Virus record (IMG/VR): IMGVR_UViG_3300027974_000031
Coordinates: 11,060 to 75,059 of that record
Direction: 5' to 3' (one strand)
Source: a virus
Taxonomy: Duplodnaviria; Caudoviricetes
Length of the DNA stretch: 64,000 nt
Shown here one piece after another: positions 1-9,907 of this stretch. Both the position numbers and the translations under genes were made by a program. Position 1 is the first letter of the stretch, and each line of letters opens with the position of its first letter. The notes beneath the pieces were generated by a model. It searched no databases. It saw nothing but the letters and a program-made list of their open reading frames with translations, and was not told where the DNA came from.

Positions 1-22
1 AAAAATATATAGTGTTATTACA

Positions 23-331
23 ATGGATCATGTAGGAGAAGGAAAAAATATAGTAAATTATTTTGAGCCAGAATTAAAAGAAGAATTTGAAAAATATCCT
101 TATATATCAGAATTTTTAATAAAACAGGGAGTTCATGTATCAGATTTTTTAATAAAAAAAGGATTTTTAAGAACTGTTTTTATGGAAGATGAGATGCTTA
201 TAGATAACTATTACTATGATGTTGAGAAAAAAAAGAATATTAAACAGCCGCCTACCAATAAAGCTAAAAAAACTGCACAAGACATAGCTATATTCTATAA
301 CACAAAACCTGTTTTTACACAGATGGATTAA
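23..331 (+). CDS. hypothetical protein (possibly the 3' part of an ORF starting upstream of the window)
   Basis: ORF; the frame is also open upstream to the window edge. Confidence 0.55.
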   Translation: MDHVGEGKNIVNYFEPELKEEFEKYPYISEFLIKQGVHVSDFLIKKGFLRTVFMEDEMLIDNYYYDVEKKKNIKQPPTNKAKKTAQDIAIFYNTKPVFTQMD

Positions 332-370
332 TATTAAAATATTAATGTTAAAATATTGATAAATAAATAT

Positions 371-676
371 ATGACTGAAAAATTTGATACTTTTGTAGAA
401 AGCTTGCTTTTAGAACGTTATAAACGTTGCAAAGCATCAACTCTTCCTGAACTTTCAGACAATCCTCGATATATTTTTTCTAAATGTGCTCCAAACCCAT
501 ATACTTCTGGATTTAAAAGAATTTATTACTTAAGAAGAGGTGAACCACTTTCACTTAAAAAGTGTAAAACAAATCCTCGCGTAGGAACAGCTCGTTATGA
601 AGAATGTCGTTTGGCTAAACTTGCATACATGAAAAGAATGGAAAGAAATAAAGCAATAGCTGAGAAACCAGATTAA
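371..676 (+). CDS. hypothetical late protein with CTS-like N-terminus
   Basis: TAAATA(360-365)-N5-ATG; starts MTEKFDTFVESLLLE. Confidence 0.7.
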   Translation: MTEKFDTFVESLLLERYKRCKASTLPELSDNPRYIFSKCAPNPYTSGFKRIYYLRRGEPLSLKKCKTNPRVGTARYEECRLAKLAYMKRMERNKAIAEKPD

Positions 677-680
677 GTTT

Positions 681-1871
681 ATGACAAGAAACTTTGACCA
701 ATTTTGTTCTAAATTTTTATTTGAATCTTCACGAAACAGTTGGAATCCTGAGCGATTTATGCGTGTTGTTCCGAGAGATTTATTTAATGAAGCAAAAATA
801 CTCTCAATGGTTAGTAAATTTGCCAAAGACGTTAATCAGGGTAAAATGCCAGGAGGATTTATCGGTAAACTTAATAAAAAATGGACCGTAGCATTATCGG
901 AAGGTGGAGCACTTTATATTTCGGGATTTAATTTAACATATAAAGGTCAAAAAGCAGATTTAACAATGAATTACAATGCTGGAAAAGAACATCGTTTTCC
1001 GTTACAAATAACTGTAGAAAATATGGATTTGTATAGTGCCAGTATTTATGACGAAAATGGAGAACTTGAGTCTGATATGAAACAATTTGAAGAAGCACCT
1101 GGTCCCGGTAAAATTGATATACCAGATTGGTCATCAACTATTGAAGAATTGAAAAGACTCGGTAAAATTGGTTTAAATGACAATTCAGGTCTTATGCCAA
1201 AAGATGACTCAAGAGGCTTTGCAGATAGTTTCAGTAATGGTAAAATTAACAATATAAAGGTAAACAAGAATATCACTGAAAACTTTGATCAGTTTTGTTC
1301 TAGATTTTTATATGAATCTGTTAGTGATGACGAATATCTAATGGCTGTTGATGCTGACGATATGGAAACGGCGCAAAAGATGGTGGATGAGGCGGCGCAG
1401 CGGGCAGGATATAGTGCAGAAGGATTCCACGGAACGCACAGAGATTTCACGGTATTTAATCGGCGGTTTGCATTAAAGGATCGCATCGGATTGAAACTAG
1501 ATACCGTTGGCTCATGGTTCACAGATTCTTCCAATGTCGCCAAGCTTCTCTATGGGCCAAAGGTGATGCGCAGCTATCTGTCCTTGCGGAAGCCGCTTGT
1601 GTTTGACGGCATTGGAGGATTGCAGAACCTCAGGGATGAGGTGAGTGAAGCGCATGGTGATGTCGAAACATTCAGGGAATGGGCCAAGTCTAAGGGCTAT
1701 GATGGCGTGGAGATTTCCGGCGACTTCGTTGATGGTGAACTTCAAACGATCAGGATTGTTTTCGACCCCAATCAAATCAAATCCGCCGATCCCGTCACCC
1801 GCGACGATCATGGCAATATCATTCCACTTTCACAAAGATTTGATTCTTCAAAAGACGATATTAGATATTAA
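681..1871 (+). CDS. two-module protein with C-terminal ART-like (ART-PolyVal-type) domain
   Basis: FHGT..F..F, GSWFTDS, YLSLRKPL, GYDGV, PNQIKSADPVT motifs; CTS-like tag at the N-terminus and again internally. Confidence 0.7.
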   Translation: MTRNFDQFCSKFLFESSRNSWNPERFMRVVPRDLFNEAKILSMVSKFAKDVNQGKMPGGFIGKLNKKWTVALSEGGALYISGFNLTYKGQKADLTMNYNAGKEHRFPLQITVENMDLYSASIYDENGELESDMKQFEEAPGPGKIDIPDWSSTIEELKRLGKIGLNDNSGLMPKDDSRGFADSFSNGKINNIKVNKNITENFDQFCSRFLYESVSDDEYLMAVDADDMETAQKMVDEAAQRAGYSAEGFHGTHRDFTVFNRRFALKDRIGLKLDTVGSWFTDSSNVAKLLYGPKVMRSYLSLRKPLVFDGIGGLQNLRDEVSEAHGDVETFREWAKSKGYDGVEISGDFVDGELQTIRIVFDPNQIKSADPVTRDDHGNIIPLSQRFDSSKDDIRY

Positions 1872-1885
1872 AAATAAATACCTTT

Positions 1886-2350
1886 ATGACAAGAAACTTT
1901 GACCAATTTTGTAATTATATTCTAGAAAATAATATATCATTACTGAAATTGGCTGAAAAAGATCAAGCGGGTAGAAATAAACTAGCACAATATTATAATA
2001 ATCCAAAACTATCACAATTAACTTGGCAACAAAAATTAGAACTTTTTAAAAAAGATAATAATATTCCATTAGAACAGGACGAAATATTTCCAAGTTTAAC
2101 AAAATATGTTAAAAAAATAGTTAATAAACTAGATTTTGAAAATTTAACCGACACAGATTGGAAGAATTTATTTCTTTTAGTGCAACACGCCGATGATGAT
2201 ATAAATTTTCAAAAACAAATGCTTCCGCAATTTTATAAAAAGTATGGTGAAAAGGGATACAAAACACCATATAAATATCTATATGATCGAATATCTTGCA
2301 ACGAAAACGGAACACAGAAATATAATACACAAGATCTATGTGGACAATAA
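1886..2350 (+). CDS. DUF6624-like protein with CTS-like tag
   Basis: DQAGR, LLVQHADDD, YLYDR...QKYNTQ motifs; TAAATA-N5-ATG. Confidence 0.6.
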   Translation: MTRNFDQFCNYILENNISLLKLAEKDQAGRNKLAQYYNNPKLSQLTWQQKLELFKKDNNIPLEQDEIFPSLTKYVKKIVNKLDFENLTDTDWKNLFLLVQHADDDINFQKQMLPQFYKKYGEKGYKTPYKYLYDRISCNENGTQKYNTQDLCGQ

Positions 2351-2456
2351 ACCTCGCTCATCATCAACCCCCCAACAATAGCGGAAATATCATTCCACTT
2401 TCAAGTAGATTTGATTCTTCAAAAGACGATATTAGATATTAAAGATAAATAACTTT

Positions 2457-2867
2457 ATGACTGAAAATTTTGATCAATTTTGTAATTATGTTTTAGAAGC
2501 TTGTTGGAAAGGCTATAAAAAAGTTGGAATGAAAAAGAAAGGAAAAAAACAAGTTCCTAATTGTGTTCCAGAAGAAACTGTTGAAGAAAAATCAACACCT
2601 GCATGGCAAAGAAAAGAAGGTAAAAATCCTTCTGGTGGTTTGAATAAAAAAGGTGTAGCTTCTTATAGAAAGGCAAATCCGGGTTCTAAACTTAAAACAG
2701 CAGTTACTACAAAACCTTCTAAACTTAAAAAAGGAAGCAAAGCTGCAAAACGCAGAAAGTCATTTTGCAGTCGTATGAAAGGTTTAAAAAAGAAACTCAC
2801 ATCAGCTAAGACTGCCCGTGATCCAGATAGCAGAGTAAATAAAAGTTTACGTAAGTGGAATTGTTAG
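2457..2867 (+). CDS. basic conserved T4-like phage protein (DUF6321-like)
   Basis: CWKGYKKVG..VPNCV and AWQRKEGKNPSGGLN...RRKSFCSRM motifs as in T4-like cyanophage proteins. Confidence 0.7.
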   Translation: MTENFDQFCNYVLEACWKGYKKVGMKKKGKKQVPNCVPEETVEEKSTPAWQRKEGKNPSGGLNKKGVASYRKANPGSKLKTAVTTKPSKLKKGSKAAKRRKSFCSRMKGLKKKLTSAKTARDPDSRVNKSLRKWNC

Positions 2868-3511
2868 TTCGTAACTTCTACAACACTTCCATAATATCCT
2901 AAAATAGGATTTTCCATTGAGGAGTCAATGGATTTATGTGGAAATATTGTACATTTTACATGTTTAACATTATTAGTGACTTGGTTTTTCATATTAAATT
3001 CCGATTCAAAAGGAATATTACTCTGAATAGAATGTCTCCATAAACTCCATACGTGCTCGCGGTCATCTTCGCTTATACAAATAAACCAACCGTTCATTTT
3101 TAACTGTTCAAGATCAAGTCCAGTGAAATTTATAAATGCTTTATTAGCCCATACTAAATTTCCAGATTTATCAAATTCTACCATACATGCTGTTAAGAAG
3201 TTTGATGCCATAAGTTTGCTACGTAATTCTGCTAAACGTGTATTATCGTCAATACGAAGAATGCGATCCATAATAGACTTGCCACTATTTTTAGAAAATT
3301 CTTTACTAAGAGATTGAATTACAGGAAGAATTTCTTCGTGTATAATTTTGTTATTAAACATTGTACTGTCTTCTATATTATCAATCTTTTTATAGATTTT
3401 CGTTATGGGTGATATAATCATTCTCCAACCACCATAAAGAAAACCTCCAATACCAATTAAGTAAGATGCAAATTCTAAAATTTTATTAATACCCTCTAAT
3501 TCAAATGACAT
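2864..3511 (-). CDS. membrane protein with C-terminal PAS domain (holin candidate)
   Basis: TAAATA-N5-ATG at 3511; TM segment FASYLIGIGGFLYGGW; PAS motif D..GNLVWANKAF..FTG...W...I..DD. Confidence 0.6.
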   Translation of the reverse strand: MSFELEGINKILEFASYLIGIGGFLYGGWRMIISPITKIYKKIDNIEDSTMFNNKIIHEEILPVIQSLSKEFSKNSGKSIMDRILRIDDNTRLAELRSKLMASNFLTACMVEFDKSGNLVWANKAFINFTGLDLEQLKMNGWFICISEDDREHVWSLWRHSIQSNIPFESEFNMKNQVTNNVKHVKCTIFPHKSIDSSMENPILGYYGSVVEVTN

Positions 3512-3533
3512 AATACTATTTATTATAGCTTTA

Positions 3534-6500
3534 TTATATCCCTGAAAATGGATCAAATAATGATACACTAATATTAACGTAAGATGAGATTAATGAACTA
3601 AGTGCAGTACTTATATTCTCGACTTTATTATTTTGATATTTAATAAAAACAGTATTATAAGAACTTGGAACAGATGAGTATGTTAAACCTTTGTCATTAA
3701 CAACAAAATAGTTGTTTCCATAAACATCAGTTTTCCAATTCCAAATATCACCAGTTAAAGAAAGTTGAGAAGAGTACCAGTCATTTGAACAGTTTATATT
3801 ATACTGATTACGATAATTTTTAAATATAACACTACTGTCCCATTCTCCTGTTTGATAGTTCCATGGACTAAATTTTAAAGGAATTTGGTAAAGACCATAA
3901 TAGTCTTTTCCGAATTTTTCATTTTCATTTATGTATGGAATAAAAGTTTGTTTGCCTTCTGATAAAATCTTTCCTTGATTTTTACCTAAAGAAAAATCTG
4001 TAATATATTCAGAATTACTAATCTTTTTACCATAAGGCGGATCAAAGTAATTATCTTTTCTATACACATTTATTCCTGAATTACTTGGAACAAATGCAGT
4101 TTCATTATCAAAAGTTTCATAACGATTCATTCCAATCCTTTTAGGAGAATAAAAATTAATTTCATTTACTGTTTTTAAGTTTGTTGTATTTTCTTGAACT
4201 ACAAAGTTGGAACCATTTTGATTTAATAAATTTCTCCATGGTGTTTCAGGAGTTACATAAGAACCAGTAACAATTGGAACAATCATAGATTTCTCACCAT
4301 TGGTAATATCATGTAAAGTTACATTTGCAGTAAAATTATTTTTAGCATAGTAGTTTATAAAGGCTGGAATACCACTTAGTTCTGTGTTAAAAACTATTGT
4401 AGAATCTAATGAGGTTGCTGTTAATCCAGTTTTTGTAGGACTGCAAAAATGTTCACAACCACATTTTCTTAAAGAATCACAATCTGAAAAACATCTTGTT
4501 TGTTGAATGTAACAATTTGTTATTTCACTGTTAAGATAAGTTAAAACATCACTTTCAACACAACTGTCAAAAATTATTTCGTTCCATTTACGAACAGGAG
4601 ATGAAACAGAAAAAGTAAACGTATCTTCCCAAATGAAACATTGTGTTTGACAATTTCCGAATTTATATTCTATTACATCTTTATCAGATAATAATATTCT
4701 TGAAGCTTCTGGTTGTGTGATTTGAAGATAATCGTAAATTATCTTAAATTCATTACCGTCTACAGATGTTTTTCTTGAAGATGATTCTGAGTCAAAATTC
4801 GCAATTCCCCAATAATTTTTTGTTGTGTTTATTGGTATTTTTATTAAGAAATTCACAGAGGGAACTGCATTAGAAAATTGAATAAAAGAAATGTTCGGAT
4901 CATCACCAATGATTGATACATAATTTCCGCTTGTAGAAGTTACTTCTACTCCATTGTATAAAAATCTTCTTTTACTTTCAGAAACAGTTTCTTTATGAGT
5001 GTATGTTAAAAAGTCACCAAAAAAGAGAGTCATATCAGAAACGACTCCATCATCAATCCAAACACCATTTTCGTCTTTAACTGCTTTATACCACTGAGGA
5101 ATATAAGATTGTTTTACACAATCTTCAATTGCTATGGTTCCGTTATTATATTTTTGATTTATGATAAAAAAAGGAGAATCGTAATCACAACTATTGACAT
5201 CAGAACGATAATAAAAATATGATTTTCCTTTTTCTAAAATGAAATCTTCTCCTGTTTGTGCTTTCCAAACACCACTGCTCCAACCAATATCCTTTTCAAC
5301 TAAATTGGATGGAAAGAATTTAGCAGAATCTTTGCTTGAAATGTAATTTTTACCATCAGAACCAAGCCAATTTTTAGGGTTAAAAATTGACGGGTATCCA
5401 GTTTCTTTAACAATAAAGTCTGGAATAGTGTTATAATAGTTTAATAATGTTTTATCATGTCCAAAAGGAGAATATTGAATTGCTTGGCAAGAACATTTTT
5501 TCCATTTCTCAAAAACATCACGATTTTGTTCATTTAAGAAATTAGTATCAACTATAGAAACAGAAAAATTTTCTCGTTTATAAGGACATGTGTCATCATG
5601 TTGAAATCCTGTAAATCCACGAACATTATTAATGTTTATATCATCACCAGTCCATGTGAAACGCGATAATTTTCCACCATCACATTTGAATGATAAGCCT
5701 ACTTGAGTACCACCGCTTAAAAATTCCCAATCTGTATAATATACAGTTTGATCTGGTCTGCAACCACAAATATCAGTTTCAAATCGTGAGTAATACTTTA
5801 AAGGAACTGCTTTTAACCATGCACCTTCAACTTCATCGTTACAAATATTTGTGTTACGAACAATAAAGTCTGATTCTTTAACTGTAGTGCCTGCTACTGC
5901 TCCACAGAATGCGTCAGAAACGCTTATAGATGATAAAGGTATAGAATCACCTTGCTGATATAAGAAGAACAGTTCTGATGCATCGCTGTAGCGTTGAAGT
6001 GGATAATATATTTTGTTCTCACCAACTGTAATTGGAATTTGAGTTTGACGAAAATCGTATAACCAAGCAACTTGTAAATCTCCACTATAAATTTGTTTAT
6101 TATTTGATTCAGCACTAACGTAAACTTTATCAGCATTAGAAAATTTGTTGCTTGCAAAACCGCTTTTTCCGAGATTTGTCTCTTGAAGATAAATTGGTTG
6201 AATTGTTGATATAGAAGAAAATGAACTCCAATAAGTTTTACTAATGTTACTTTCAGTTTCTGTAAAGTCTTCTTCGGAAGGGAAAAATTTTTTATCAGAT
6301 GGTATAGTGTCATTTAGTCCTGGACCACTCCATTCACCACCAAATGCTGATGTTCCAAAAAAAGGATATGGGAATTTGAATGTTTTACCATCAATTATTG
6401 TAGCAGACATACTACCTGATACAGTTACAAATGTGGTATCTTGTAACCATGCACCTTTTGTTTCTAAATTTCCTACATTTACAAAAATAAGATCAGAAAC

Positions 6501-7460
6501 ATCCATTGAACTACCACCAACAGCACCAGTCCAATCAACATCTTCAATAGCAACATCTTTATAAATTCCTTCTGGAATATCAAAAACAGTTCTTCCGCTA
6601 AACCAGTAGAAAAAGTTATTTCCTTCTGCTAATGGAATGGTTAAATCTTTATAATCCTCTACATAATAACCACCAGAAAGATAAGATACATTAGTTGATA
6701 AATATATATCATATGCTTGTTGTAAAAGACTATCTACTGTTTCATTAGAAGGATCACATAGATAATTATTTTCTAAAGGATCAGCTTTTGCAGATGTTGA
6801 TGTTGTGAACAAACTAAAACAAAGATCATTAAATGTACATGTGAATGGATTAATACTATTGGTTTCAATAAAATAATCTTTTGTATCATATAGTTCTTCA
6901 ATCTCAATAGAGAAATCATTTTTAATTGATGATAACTCTGGCGATTGACTTATAAGAGGATTTTCATTAACAAAATTAGTTCTTTGATTTTTAGAAAACT
7001 TAGAAACAAGATTAGAATAAAGAATTTTCTCTAAACCATCATATGAGCCGACGAGATTATATTCTAATTTTTTGTCTTTTAATTCTTGACGCTTTTTATT
7101 ATAAAAAAGTGCAATGTCTTTAAGTTTTCTTGCATATGCGGGAATAGCAATACTTAAATCTGTACTAGATGTTACATCAATATTTTTATATCTCTCAAAT
7201 TCCTCATCATTCTCGAATATAATTGAGAGTTTTTTAATTAAATCAATATAATCATTTTTCAATTTGTTCGCTTTTACTTCATTAACTTTTTCTGTATTTT
7301 TATAAAAAGTTTGAAGATAATTTCGGTATTGAATTTCTGCCTCTGAAAACGCAATTCCTACATGACGAGAGTTCCATTCTATGAATGACATTGGAACACT
7401 CTGATTTTCAGGAGAAATATTGCGAGGTTCAGATATATTATTTAAAATGATTGAAGGCAT
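3534..7460 (-). CDS. large virion structural protein (baseplate/tail region)
   Basis: 1308 aa, rich in S/T/N/aromatic residues; late promoter; near gp6/gp25. Confidence 0.55.
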   Translation of the reverse strand: MPSIILNNISEPRNISPENQSVPMSFIEWNSRHVGIAFSEAEIQYRNYLQTFYKNTEKVNEVKANKLKNDYIDLIKKLSIIFENDEEFERYKNIDVTSSTDLSIAIPAYARKLKDIALFYNKKRQELKDKKLEYNLVGSYDGLEKILYSNLVSKFSKNQRTNFVNENPLISQSPELSSIKNDFSIEIEELYDTKDYFIETNSINPFTCTFNDLCFSLFTTSTSAKADPLENNYLCDPSNETVDSLLQQAYDIYLSTNVSYLSGGYYVEDYKDLTIPLAEGNNFFYWFSGRTVFDIPEGIYKDVAIEDVDWTGAVGGSSMDVSDLIFVNVGNLETKGAWLQDTTFVTVSGSMSATIIDGKTFKFPYPFFGTSAFGGEWSGPGLNDTIPSDKKFFPSEEDFTETESNISKTYWSSFSSISTIQPIYLQETNLGKSGFASNKFSNADKVYVSAESNNKQIYSGDLQVAWLYDFRQTQIPITVGENKIYYPLQRYSDASELFFLYQQGDSIPLSSISVSDAFCGAVAGTTVKESDFIVRNTNICNDEVEGAWLKAVPLKYYSRFETDICGCRPDQTVYYTDWEFLSGGTQVGLSFKCDGGKLSRFTWTGDDININNVRGFTGFQHDDTCPYKRENFSVSIVDTNFLNEQNRDVFEKWKKCSCQAIQYSPFGHDKTLLNYYNTIPDFIVKETGYPSIFNPKNWLGSDGKNYISSKDSAKFFPSNLVEKDIGWSSGVWKAQTGEDFILEKGKSYFYYRSDVNSCDYDSPFFIINQKYNNGTIAIEDCVKQSYIPQWYKAVKDENGVWIDDGVVSDMTLFFGDFLTYTHKETVSESKRRFLYNGVEVTSTSGNYVSIIGDDPNISFIQFSNAVPSVNFLIKIPINTTKNYWGIANFDSESSSRKTSVDGNEFKIIYDYLQITQPEASRILLSDKDVIEYKFGNCQTQCFIWEDTFTFSVSSPVRKWNEIIFDSCVESDVLTYLNSEITNCYIQQTRCFSDCDSLRKCGCEHFCSPTKTGLTATSLDSTIVFNTELSGIPAFINYYAKNNFTANVTLHDITNGEKSMIVPIVTGSYVTPETPWRNLLNQNGSNFVVQENTTNLKTVNEINFYSPKRIGMNRYETFDNETAFVPSNSGINVYRKDNYFDPPYGKKISNSEYITDFSLGKNQGKILSEGKQTFIPYINENEKFGKDYYGLYQIPLKFSPWNYQTGEWDSSVIFKNYRNQYNINCSNDWYSSQLSLTGDIWNWKTDVYGNNYFVVNDKGLTYSSVPSSYNTVFIKYQNNKVENISTALSSLISSYVNISVSLFDPFSGI

Positions 7461-7472
7461 TTTAATATTTAC

Positions 7473-9899
7473 CTATATAATTTTAGAATAAAAGAAATCT
7501 CTAAAGGAATAATTTTTTTTTATTTTATTTTTTATTATTTTAGTATTAATTGGTAATTTGATAAAATACTTTTTGGCATAATTAGAAATTACAAGATTTT
7601 CTACATTAAATGCATCTATATCTTCGCTTTTTTCTAAATTTGGAAGAGAAAGTGAAGTTGCATAAGTTGCATATATAACTCCGCTTTTTTCTAAATTTGG
7701 AAAAGAAAGTGAAGTTGTATAAGTTGCACTTATATTTCCGCTTTCTTTTAAATTTGGAAAAGAAAGTGAAGTTGCATTAGGTGCATATATATCTCCGCTT
7801 TTTTCTAAATTTGGAAGAGAAAGTGAAGTTGCATTAGATGCACTTATATCTCCGCTTTTTTCTAAATTTGGAAGAGAAAGTGAAGTTGTATAAGTTGCAC
7901 TTATATTTCCGCTTTCTTTTAAATTTGGAAAAGAAAGTGAAGTTGCATTAGATGCATATATATCTCCGCTTTTTTCTAAATTTGGATTTCCGCTTTTTTC
8001 TAAATTTGAAAGAGAAAGTGAAGTTGCAATAGGTGCACTTATATTTCCGCTTTTTTCTAAATTTGAAAGAGAAAGTGAGGTTGCAATAGGTGCACTTATA
8101 TTTCCGCTTTCTTTTAAATTTGGAAGAGAAAGTGAAGTTGCATTAGATGCACTTATATCTCCGCTTTTTTCTAAATTTGGAAGAGAAAGTGAAGTTGCAT
8201 AAGCTACATCTATACCTCCGCTTTTTTCTAAATTTGGAAGAGAAAGTGAAGTTGCATTAGGTGCACTTATATCTCTGCTTTTTTCTAAATTTGGAAGAGA
8301 AAGTGAAGTTGCACTAGATGCATATATAACTCCGCTTTCTTTTAAATTTGGAAGAGAAAGTGAAGTTGCATAAACTGCATATATATCTCCGCTTTTTTCT
8401 AAATTTGAAAGAGAAAGTGAAGTTGTATAAGTTGCACTTATAACTCCGCTTTCTTTTAAATTTGGAAGAGAAAGTGAAGTTGCATTAGATGCATCTATAT
8501 CTCCGCTTTCTTTTAAATTTGGAAGAGAAAGTGAAGTTGCATTAGATGCATCTATATCTCCGCTTTTTTCTAAATTTGAAAGAGAAAGTGAAGTTGCAAT
8601 AGGTGCACTTATATTTCCGCTTTCTTTTAAATTTGGAAGAGAAAGTGGGTATTTATAATTCCAATAAATATCTGATAAATTTTTATGCTTTTGTAAATTA
8701 TATAAAAGACTAAATATTTCTCTATATTTTGCACTTTTTTGTATAAATAATTCTTTTAAATCTTTATTTTCACTGATTATATAATATTCATCCAAAGTAA
8801 ATTTTTCTTCATCATCTAAATCGCTTCGTTCTTCTAATTTTCTTATAACATTAATTTCTCGTTTTTTCCAATAACGATTTTTAATGATTGGAAATTTTTC
8901 TAATAAATCATGTGGGAGATCGTTTTCTTTTTCTGATAATGTTTTAAGAACTGCTTTTAGTTCTTTTTCAGATAATTTATATAAATCATCATTTATAACA
9001 TTTTTGATAGAAGCAAAAAGAATCATATCATCTATATTTTGTAATTCTAATATAGAATTTTTAAAATATATCTTTTCATAAATTTGTTTTTCACGTCCTT
9101 CAATCGGAACAGGAACAAATACATTTTGATTAAATGCTTCTGATAAACTTGGATATGTAGAAATAATTTTATTTTTTGTTGATTTAATATCAGTGTTATC
9201 TTTGACATTATTATAAGAATATTTTGTAACTCCATTATCATCATATGCATCTACAAGTATATATCGGTTTTCAGATTTTAACCATACAAAATAAGTTGTT
9301 AATGATTTTTCCCATCTATAAAAATTATAATAATAAAATGAACTAGAACCTGAAATACATAAATCTGAACCTTTTCCATAATTTTTACAATTGTTTTCAC
9401 TAGAAACAGGATCACCTGTATTTGCTAAAACTACTATTACTTTATCATCTTCATAAACTTTATTCGGATCGTCGCTTGAACCAGCTTTTATTTTAGATTC
9501 ATCTCCTTTCATTTCAGAGTGAACTTTTTCTGAAAAATCTATATAACTAGAAGAAGATTGTAATATTTTATTATTAGTTAAAGACTGATATTTAATATAA
9601 TTTGTATAATCATCGTCTATAACGTTTGTCGGAATATTAGGATCATAAAGTCGAACAAGTTCTTTTAAATCACTAAGATTTTTATCTTTAGGATTATTAT
9701 TTTTAACTATATTTTCTAAAGAAGAAATTATCGGATTCCATTTATCTCTTAACTGATTTATACTATCAATATTCTCTGGTTTATTTTTATTTTTAAATAC
9801 TTGAAAACCTAATTCTTTTTGTATAATATTGTTAAATATTTCTGCTTTTGTAGAATTTGCATCCTCTGTTAATAGATTATAAAAACTTTTAAAATTCAT
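7473..9899 (-). CDS. CTS-tagged protein with PcfJ-like segment and 22-aa LRR-like repeats
   Basis: MNFKSFYNLLTED start; YGKGSDLCIS motif; about 15 SLSLPNLEKSGxIxAxxAT units. Confidence 0.75.
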   Translation of the reverse strand: MNFKSFYNLLTEDANSTKAEIFNNIIQKELGFQVFKNKNKPENIDSINQLRDKWNPIISSLENIVKNNNPKDKNLSDLKELVRLYDPNIPTNVIDDDYTNYIKYQSLTNNKILQSSSSYIDFSEKVHSEMKGDESKIKAGSSDDPNKVYEDDKVIVVLANTGDPVSSENNCKNYGKGSDLCISGSSSFYYYNFYRWEKSLTTYFVWLKSENRYILVDAYDDNGVTKYSYNNVKDNTDIKSTKNKIISTYPSLSEAFNQNVFVPVPIEGREKQIYEKIYFKNSILELQNIDDMILFASIKNVINDDLYKLSEKELKAVLKTLSEKENDLPHDLLEKFPIIKNRYWKKREINVIRKLEERSDLDDEEKFTLDEYYIISENKDLKELFIQKSAKYREIFSLLYNLQKHKNLSDIYWNYKYPLSLPNLKESGNISAPIATSLSLSNLEKSGDIDASNATSLSLPNLKESGDIDASNATSLSLPNLKESGVISATYTTSLSLSNLEKSGDIYAVYATSLSLPNLKESGVIYASSATSLSLPNLEKSRDISAPNATSLSLPNLEKSGGIDVAYATSLSLPNLEKSGDISASNATSLSLPNLKESGNISAPIATSLSLSNLEKSGNISAPIATSLSLSNLEKSGNPNLEKSGDIYASNATSLSFPNLKESGNISATYTTSLSLPNLEKSGDISASNATSLSLPNLEKSGDIYAPNATSLSFPNLKESGNISATYTTSLSFPNLEKSGVIYATYATSLSLPNLEKSEDIDAFNVENLVISNYAKKYFIKLPINTKIIKNKIKKNYSFRDFFYSKII
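7610..8650 (-). repeat. 66-bp tandem coding repeat (LRR-like)
   Basis: ccgcttttttctaaatttggaagagaaagtgaagttgc recurs every 66 bp. Confidence 0.95.
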
Positions 9900-9907
9900 A
9901 AAACTAT

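Noticed and set aside
7610-8650. CRISPR-like array
   Set aside because: Units are in-frame 66-bp coding repeats with no unique spacers and no cas genes.
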